Shown piece by piece: positions 58,128 through 64,000 of a stretch of 64,000 bases of DNA; position 1 is the first letter of the stretch, and each line of letters starts with the position of its first letter. Position numbers and translations under genes: made by a program. The notes under the pieces were generated by a model, which saw nothing but the letters and a program-made list of their open reading frames with translations, searched no databases and was not told the origin of the DNA. This stretch comes from Vicinamibacterales bacterium (GTDB taxonomy: Bacteria > Acidobacteriota > Vicinamibacteria > Vicinamibacterales > UBA8438): assembly GCA_965222265.1 (NCBI GenBank), contig CBDCTP010000003.1, positions 2,246,280 through 2,310,279 of the forward strand. The letters are read 5' to 3'.

Positions 58128-61100
58128 ATGGCTGATAAACCCCGATCTCGGCAGGCCATCGACTACGCCAACCGCGTCATGAGCAACACGACGATCAACG
58201 CGCACCTCGGGTCCTCGACGACGCCCGCAGGGGCTAGACTCGGCCAGCGTGGGCGGATCGGAGGACGCGCTCGTCCGGCCGCGATCGAAGCGCCCTGGTC
58301 GGCGAGTGCTGCAGCAGGCGTCTCGGTCGTGGCAATCGTGCTCGTCGCCCTCTCGGCCAGCCTGGCGGCCCAGGCGTCGCCCGCGGGCGCGCGCATCGTG
58401 CCGCAGCCGGGTGACCGGGTGGCCGTGGTGCCGTTCACGAACATCAGCGGGTTGCCGGCGGACGACTGGATTGGTGCCGGGTTTGCCGAGACGGTGGCTG
58501 TGGACCTGGAGCGGGTCGCCAACCTGGCGACGGTCGATGGCGGCATCGCGGACGGTCTGTCGGCGCGCGAGGTGGGACTCCGTCTCGGCACGCAGTGGGT
58601 CGTCGCGGGCGCCTTCCAGCGGGTCGGAGAGCGCGTGCGGATTACCGCGCGTCTGGTGCACGTGGCGACAGGAGCGGTGTCGCGGACGGCCAACGTTGTC
58701 GGCCGGCTCGGCGAGCTCTTCGCGCTCCAGGACCGGATCGCCGCCGCGCTCGCCGAGGATCGCCCGGCCGCTGTGGCCGAGCAGGCAGTCACGCCGCCGG
58801 CACCCGCACCCCCGCCCGGGATTGCCCTGCCCGAGGGCGCCCGTCCCGCGTCGCCCGCTGCCGCCGCCGCACCGGGGGCCGCAGGCTTTGCGCCGGGCAT
58901 CGCCGCCGGCGTGATCGACGGGCCACCGGCGCCCGTGCCGCCCGAGGTCCTCAACCGGGACGCGGACGGCCGGGCGACGATGCGCGCGTTCCGCCTCACG
59001 AGAGAGCTGGATCTGGACGGCTCGCTCCGCGAGGCCGTCTACGACGAGACAGGCTCGGCGAGCGAATTCGTCCAGCAGTTTCCCATCGAGGGCGCGCCGG
59101 CCACGGAGCGGACCGAGGTCTGGGTCTTCTACGACGACGAGAACGTCTACGTGGGGATACGGTGCTGGGACTCGGCCCCGGAGGACCAGTGGATCGCCGA
59201 CGAGATGCAGCGCGACTCGTTCCAGCTCATCCAGAACGATCGCATCGTCGTGGCGTTCGACACGTTCTACGACCGGCGCAACGGCATGGCGTTCATGGTG
59301 AACCCGATCGGGGGCTTCTTCGACTTCGAGATCAGCGACGAGAGCAACCCCAACTCCGACTGGAACCCGGTCTGGGACGTGCGCACGGGCCGCTTCGAGG
59401 GCGGGTGGTCGGTCGAGATGCAGGTCCCCTTCAAGTCACTCCGCTTCCAGCAGGGGCGTTCGCAGCTCTGGGGCATCCAGTTCGAGCGTCAGGTGCGGCG
59501 CAAGAACGAGGTGTCGCATCTGACGCCGGTCCCGATTGCGGTGGGCCCGGGCATCATGCGTCTGTCGGTCGCCGCCACGCTGGTCGGGCTGGAGGTGGCG
59601 TCGGAGAACCGGCGGCTGGAGGTCAAGCCCTACGCCATCGGATCGTCGGCCACGGACCTGACGGCCAGCCCGCCCTTCTCGAACCGCGGCGCCGGCGACG
59701 CGGGCATCGACGCCAAGTGGGGGGTGACGCAGAACCTGACGGCCGACTTCACCTACAACACGGACTTCGCGCAGGTGGAGGTGGACGAGCAGCAGGTGAA
59801 CCTGACGCGCTTCAGCCTGTTCTTTCCGGAGAAGCGCGAGTTCTTCCTCGAGGCGCGGGGCATCTTCGACTTCGGGGCCGGGCCCAACGCGCTCGGGACG
59901 GGCTTCGGCGCCAACAACGGCGGGCGCCAGCAGGGTCCGCCCGGCACGCGCGCCGGCAGCGACGTGCCGCTGGTCTTCTTCAGCCGGCGCATCGGCCTGC
60001 AGGCGGGGCGCACGGTGCCCATCGTCGGCGGCGGCCGGCTGACGGGCAAGGTCGGCAATTTCAGCATCGGCGCGCTCAACATGCAGACCGACGATGCGCC
60101 CGACGCCAACGCCTTGGCCACGAACTTCACGGTGGTGCGCGTGAAGCAGGACATCCTGCGCCGCAGCCGCATCGGCGCCATCTTCACGCGCCGCTCCGTG
60201 TCGTTGGACCGCAACGGCGACAACGCCGTCTACGGCGCCGACGCCTCGTTCGCGTTCTACGACAACGTGACGTTCAACGGCTACTACGCCCGCACGCGCA
60301 CGTACGGCCGCGAGGGCGACGACGCGAGCTACCAGGGGCAGTTCACGTACGACGCCGACCTGTTCGGCCTGCAGGTGGACCACCTGCAGGTCGGCAAGAA
60401 CTTCAACCCGGAGGTGGGCTTCCTGCGGCGCCTGGACTTCCGGCGCTCGTTCGTGGCGGCTCATTACCGACCGCGGCCCGCGATCGAGGCCATCCGCCAG
60501 TTCACGTTCGGCGGCAGCCTCGACTACATCGAGAACGGCGCGCGCGACCTCGAGACGCGCGGGGTCAGGGCGAGGTTCGTCACCGAGTTCGAGAACAGCG
60601 ACCGAATCACCGCCGACCTCCTGCGCAGCTACGAGTTGCTCGTCGAGCCGTTCCAGATCGCCAGGGACGTGGCGATTCCCATCGGGGGCTACGAGTTCCA
60701 GGACGTGTTCCTGTCGTATTACATGGGCCAGCAGCGGCGGGTCTCGGGCACCGCGTTCGTGCAGCAGGGGACGTTCTTCGGCGGCGACATCACGGCGTTC
60801 GGGTACCGCCAGGGGCGCATCGGGCTGACGCGGCAGATGTCGCTCGAGCCGACGGTCCAGATCAACCGCATCAATCTGCCGCAGGGGCGGTTCACGGCAA
60901 CGGTCGTCAGCAGCCGGGCGACCTACACGTTCACGTCGCGGATGTTCCTGTCGGCGCTCGTGCAGTACAACTCCGCCGTCGACCAGATGGGGACCAACGT
61001 GCGGTTCCGCTGGGAGTACAGCCCGGGCAGCGAGCTGTTCGTGGTCTACAACGACCAGCGCGACACCACCCTGCGCCCGGGCAGGCTGCCCATGCTCGAG

Positions 61101-61145
61101 AACCGCGCGTTCATCGTCAAGTTCACGCGGCTGTTCAGATTCTGA
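58128..61145 (+). CDS. DUF5916/CBM9-like large envelope protein with an extra N-terminal TolB_N/LpoB-like module and Pro/Ala-rich linker
   Basis: The N-terminal VAVVPFTNISGLPADDWIGAGFAETVAVDL...VVAGAFQRVGERVRITARL is followed by a PPAPAPPPG linker. Then come VWVFYDDENVYVGIRCWD, NGMAFMVNPIGG, WNPVWDVRTGRFEGGWSVEMQVPFKSLRF and a beta-rich C-terminus ending KFTRLFRF. Alternative ATG at 58179. Confidence 0.75.
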   Translation: MADKPRSRQAIDYANRVMSNTTINAHLGSSTTPAGARLGQRGRIGGRARPAAIEAPWSASAAAGVSVVAIVLVALSASLAAQASPAGARIVPQPGDRVAVVPFTNISGLPADDWIGAGFAETVAVDLERVANLATVDGGIADGLSAREVGLRLGTQWVVAGAFQRVGERVRITARLVHVATGAVSRTANVVGRLGELFALQDRIAAALAEDRPAAVAEQAVTPPAPAPPPGIALPEGARPASPAAAAAPGAAGFAPGIAAGVIDGPPAPVPPEVLNRDADGRATMRAFRLTRELDLDGSLREAVYDETGSASEFVQQFPIEGAPATERTEVWVFYDDENVYVGIRCWDSAPEDQWIADEMQRDSFQLIQNDRIVVAFDTFYDRRNGMAFMVNPIGGFFDFEISDESNPNSDWNPVWDVRTGRFEGGWSVEMQVPFKSLRFQQGRSQLWGIQFERQVRRKNEVSHLTPVPIAVGPGIMRLSVAATLVGLEVASENRRLEVKPYAIGSSATDLTASPPFSNRGAGDAGIDAKWGVTQNLTADFTYNTDFAQVEVDEQQVNLTRFSLFFPEKREFFLEARGIFDFGAGPNALGTGFGANNGGRQQGPPGTRAGSDVPLVFFSRRIGLQAGRTVPIVGGGRLTGKVGNFSIGALNMQTDDAPDANALATNFTVVRVKQDILRRSRIGAIFTRRSVSLDRNGDNAVYGADASFAFYDNVTFNGYYARTRTYGREGDDASYQGQFTYDADLFGLQVDHLQVGKNFNPEVGFLRRLDFRRSFVAAHYRPRPAIEAIRQFTFGGSLDYIENGARDLETRGVRARFVTEFENSDRITADLLRSYELLVEPFQIARDVAIPIGGYEFQDVFLSYYMGQQRRVSGTAFVQQGTFFGGDITAFGYRQGRIGLTRQMSLEPTVQINRINLPQGRFTATVVSSRATYTFTSRMFLSALVQYNSAVDQMGTNVRFRWEYSPGSELFVVYNDQRDTTLRPGRLPMLENRAFIVKFTRLFRF

Positions 61146-61148
61146 CGG

Positions 61149-61224
61149 GCTTCAATCAGACGGGGCTGTGCCCCGAACCCGCGGCGTCCGCTTGCGGGGA
61201 CCCCTGCGCCCCGCGCCGCTCCCG
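61149..61224 (-). repeat. structured intergenic repeat, copy H1 (truncated)
   Basis: gcttcaatcagacggggctgtgccccgaacccgcggcgtccgcttgcggggacccctgcgccccgcgccgctccc. It starts 3 nt after the stop at 61143-61145. Confidence 0.93.
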
Positions 61225-61332
61225 GCTTCAGTCAGACGGGGCTGGCGCCCCGCACCCCCGGCGTCCGCTTGCGGGGACCCCCTTGCCCCGCGCCGCTCCC
61301 GCCGAGGCGCGCCGTGCGCGCCTTGCGGAGTC
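61225..61332 (-). repeat. structured intergenic repeat, copy H2 (full core)
   Basis: gcttcagtcagacggggctggcgccccgcaccc...gaggcgcgccgtgcgcgccttgcggagtc, lying 76 bp in register after H1. Confidence 0.93.
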
Positions 61333-61360
61333 CGCTGCGTTCTACGGCAGACTTCTAGCT

Positions 61361-61960
61361 CTACCGGAGGACCCACTGCACGCCGGCCACCAGGGCGACC
61401 GCGTTCAGGCCCAGGTTCTCCCCGGCTGTATCGGCGTTCGAGATGTGGTGGTTGCGCAGCTCCACGATCCAGCCCGGCCCGCGCGGCGGGACCCAGCGGA
61501 TGCCGGCGCCGTACAGGAGCTGGCCGTTGAAGACGCGGTCGATCTCGGGCACGTCGAGCGACGTCCAGAGCAGCCCGGCGCCGCCCGCGACGTAGGGGGT
61601 CCAGCTCCGCTCGTGCCAGAGGTGGTAGCGCACGCCCAGGCCGGCGACGCCGCCGGCCACCGCCAGGGTCGGCGCGTGGTAGACGAGCAGCGTGCCCTCC
61701 CCGTAGAGCTCGAGGTGGTCGGTCAGGAACCGGCCGAGCTGGGGATGGAAGGCGGCGAAGCCGAGGTCGGACTCGGTCTTGCCGTAGCCCGGCACGCCGT
61801 GTTTCCACGTGTGGCCCCAGCCCCAGGCCAGCCCGCGCGTCCAGTAGCCGGTGGCGAGAAGCGGCTCCTCGGCGGCCGCCGCCACCGGCGCGAGGGCGAG
61901 CGCCAGGCCGACGGCGGCGGCCCTCCAGGGCCGGCGCGCCGCGCTCCCGCCGGGCGGCAC
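61361..61960 (-). CDS. acyloxyacyl hydrolase / lipid A deacylase (PagL-like) outer-membrane protein
   Basis: Signal peptide, beta-barrel-like repeats, and the catalytic-type motif ELRNHHISNA (H-x-S-N). Confidence 0.68.
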   Translation of the reverse strand: MPPGGSAARRPWRAAAVGLALALAPVAAAAEEPLLATGYWTRGLAWGWGHTWKHGVPGYGKTESDLGFAAFHPQLGRFLTDHLELYGEGTLLVYHAPTLAVAGGVAGLGVRYHLWHERSWTPYVAGGAGLLWTSLDVPEIDRVFNGQLLYGAGIRWVPPRGPGWIVELRNHHISNADTAGENLGLNAVALVAGVQWVLR

Positions 61961-61970
61961 GGCCGGCCGG

Positions 61971-62948
61971 CTACTGCCGCTCGTCGGCGCGGGCGCCGGC
62001 GAGGATGTTGGCGGCCGAGTAGTTGCCCTCGTGACAGGCGTACTCGAAGAGCTCGCCGTCGATGCCGATCAGCGGGAAGGTCGCGGTCCACGGACTCGTC
62101 CAGGTGCCGGGATCGTCGATCGTGAACTCGTAGCTCAGCGTCCCGTCGTCCAGCCGCGTGAAGCGCTCGACCAGCCGGGAGGTGGCGACGGCGCCGCGCG
62201 GGTCGGTGTAGCGCCAGATGTTGACGCCGCGGGTCATGTCCCGGCTCGACGTGAAGTTCGTCGTCTCGACGACCAGCGTCCGGCCCTCCCAGCGGCCGCG
62301 CGAGTCGCCCAGCCACTGGCGGATCCCGTCGTCCAGATGGGGCCGCCCGTCCAGCGGCACGATGCGCGCGTCGTGGATCATCTCGTTGAGGATCACGACG
62401 TGGTCGGGCGTCTGCAGCAGCTGCACGGTGTTGTTGTAGGCGCTCGGGACGAACGGGGGGCCGGCGTTGAAGCCCATGATGCAGCGGTCGGTGATCGACA
62501 GATCCTCGTGCCCGGCCGGCGGCTGCGGGCCGGCAGCCCGCCGGGCCTCGCTGCGCGCCTGCGCCGCCGGCGCCAGCGGCGGCAGCCTGCCGTCCGGCGG
62601 GTCGACGATCAGCGACGTGCGCCGGGAACCGACCACGCGCGTGCCGTAGTCGACCCAGAACCGGTTGTAGGTGCCGGTGTCGCCGGGCCGCGGGGGCCGG
62701 TCGACGCGCTCGAGGGCGGTGCGCTCCTCGAAGCCGGCCGCTTCCTCCGCGGTGAGCAGCTCGCGGCCCTCGACGTCGTCCGGGCGTTGCAGCGGCGTGA
62801 TCGTGGCGAAGGTGTACACGCCCTGCAGATCCGGGTCGCCCCAGGCGGTCCGCGCCGGCGTCTGCGCGGCCGGATGCGCCGCGCCGGCGACCGCGACGAT
62901 GCCGGCGAAGGCCGCAGCGCGGGTCAGCACGATCAGTCGATGTCTCAT
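61971..62948 (-). CDS. conserved secreted protein, unnamed family (paralogue C)
   Basis: PDLQGVY, RIVPLDGRPH, GRWEGRTLVVETTNF, VERFTRLDDGTLSYEFTIDDP, FEYACHEGNY. Confidence 0.7.
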   Translation of the reverse strand: MRHRLIVLTRAAAFAGIVAVAGAAHPAAQTPARTAWGDPDLQGVYTFATITPLQRPDDVEGRELLTAEEAAGFEERTALERVDRPPRPGDTGTYNRFWVDYGTRVVGSRRTSLIVDPPDGRLPPLAPAAQARSEARRAAGPQPPAGHEDLSITDRCIMGFNAGPPFVPSAYNNTVQLLQTPDHVVILNEMIHDARIVPLDGRPHLDDGIRQWLGDSRGRWEGRTLVVETTNFTSSRDMTRGVNIWRYTDPRGAVATSRLVERFTRLDDGTLSYEFTIDDPGTWTSPWTATFPLIGIDGELFEYACHEGNYSAANILAGARADERQ

Positions 62949-63050
62949 CTCGGGAACCTCCCTGTCGACCCGTCATTCTAGTCGTTCGGCGCGGCGCTGC
63001 CCAGCGGCCCGCGGCCCCGTGCCAACTCGTGCTAAAGTGGTAACTTAGCG

Positions 63051-64000
63051 GTGGACGTACAGCCCCGAAGTCGGCTCCGCTCGCTGGCCGCGGTCGTGCT
63101 GTGCGGCGCCGCGGCGCTGGCGGAGCCCGCGCCGGTGGCGGCGCAGCGGGGGGGACTGGCTATCGATCGCCTCGCGGCCATCGACGGTCCGCCGCCCCCC
63201 GTGCCGCCCGCGGTGCTCGCGCGCGATGCCGCCGGGCGCATCACCGGCCGCGCCGTCCGGCTGGCCACCCCCCTCGACATCGATGGCCGCCTCGCCGAGG
63301 AGGTCTACGCCGCCGTTCCCACCATGTCGGGCTTCGTGCAGGTCGAGCCGATCGCCGGGGCGGCGGCGACCGAGCAGCCGGACGTGTGGATCTTCTTCGA
63401 CGATACGCAGGTCTACCTCGCGGCCCGCTGCTGGGAGAGCGAGCCCGACCGGGTCACGGTCGACGAGATGCGGCGGGACAACACCAACATCGGGCGCAAC
63501 GACCACCTGGCGTGGATCTTCGACACGCTCTACGACCGGCGCACCGGCGTCGTCTTCGAGGTCAACCCCCTGGGCGGCCGGATGGACGGGCAGGCGACGA
63601 ACGAGGGGCGGACCAACTTCGACTGGAACCCGATTTGGCACGTCGAGGTCGGCCGCTTCGCGGGCGGCTGGACCGTGGAGGCCGCGCTGCCGTTCAAGTC
63701 GCTGCGCTATCGGCCCGGCGAGGCCCAACTGTGGGGCTTCAACGTGCGGCGCCGCAATCGCTGGAAGAACGAGCTGTCGTATCTCGTGCCGGTGCCCGCC
63801 GCGGTGGGCGGCCGCGGCCTGCGCGCCTCGCTGGCGGCGCCGCTCGTCGGGCTGGAGGCGCCGCCCGGATCCCGGCACCTGGAGATCAAGCCGTACGCCA
63901 TCGCCGACGTGACGAGCGACACGGGCGCGGTCCCGGCGGTCGCCAACCGGCCGGGCGGCGACATCGGGCTCGACGTCAAGTACGGCGTGACGCGCAGCCT
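63051..64000 (+). CDS. DUF5916/CBM9-like envelope protein, 3' end outside window
   Basis: Not in the ORF track because there is no stop before the window end. I translated it by hand from the GTG at 63051: signal VDVQPRSRLRSLAAVVLCGAAALA, then DVWIFFDDTQVYLAARCWE, TGVVFEVNPLGG, WNPIWHVEVGRFAGGWTVEAALPFKSLRY. It is paralogous to 58128..61145 but lacks that gene's N-terminal module. Confidence 0.75.
   Translation, partial: MDVQPRSRLRSLAAVVLCGAAALAEPAPVAAQRGGLAIDRLAAIDGPPPPVPPAVLARDAAGRITGRAVRLATPLDIDGRLAEEVYAAVPTMSGFVQVEPIAGAAATEQPDVWIFFDDTQVYLAARCWESEPDRVTVDEMRRDNTNIGRNDHLAWIFDTLYDRRTGVVFEVNPLGGRMDGQATNEGRTNFDWNPIWHVEVGRFAGGWTVEAALPFKSLRYRPGEAQLWGFNVRRRNRWKNELSYLVPVPAAVGGRGLRASLAAPLVGLEAPPGSRHLEIKPYAIADVTSDTGAVPAVANRPGGDIGLDVKYGVTRS

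Noticed and set aside
17649-61332. The possibility that the recurring element is a CRISPR array.
   Set aside because: Copies are about 100 bp, not 25-40 bp. They lie kilobases apart or are directly abutted without unique spacers, they occur on both strands, and no cas genes are present.

Overview
This is a 64-kb, very G+C-rich bacterial chromosomal segment. Sampled 60-nt lines run about 70-75% G+C. It is densely coded, and many genes overlap by ATGA/GTGA. All family calls below come from reading motifs in the supplied translations. No database search was possible.

The backbone is mostly housekeeping and envelope genes:
- ettA, rph-rdgB-gerMN-amidase, udk, otsB and panE
- pstCAB-phoU-phoBR, with no pstS in the window
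- frc
- two gamma-glutamyltransferases flanking a TAXI-TRAP transporter
- a five-gene LolA-like/FtsX/ABC/outer-membrane-barrel operon
- a heme-c/PHM-like monooxygenase operon
- two DUF5916-type proteins
- three paralogues of an unnamed secreted family

Accessory content:
- A lower-G+C islet (about 1.6-5.8 kb) carries an E. coli Dgt-type dGTPase gene whose stop is overlapped by a CCA-adding-enzyme-like nucleotidyltransferase gene. This looks like a candidate two-gene defence module. The dGTPase is split by an IS1380-family element; joining the TCAC flanks restores the reading frame.
- Two class-II Fic proteins.
- A vapB antitoxin next to a decayed vapC.
- A retropepsin-like protease next to a 33-codon TIR-like remnant.

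The most conspicuous unexplained signal is a highly structured intergenic repeat of about 105-130 bp. It has 11 copies at 9 loci between 17.6 and 61.3 kb. Its ends repeatedly abut or supply stop codons, and its sequence variation falls mostly in hairpin loops rather than stems. It also produces spurious ORFs in the six-frame track. I saw no rRNA, tRNA or CRISPR array.
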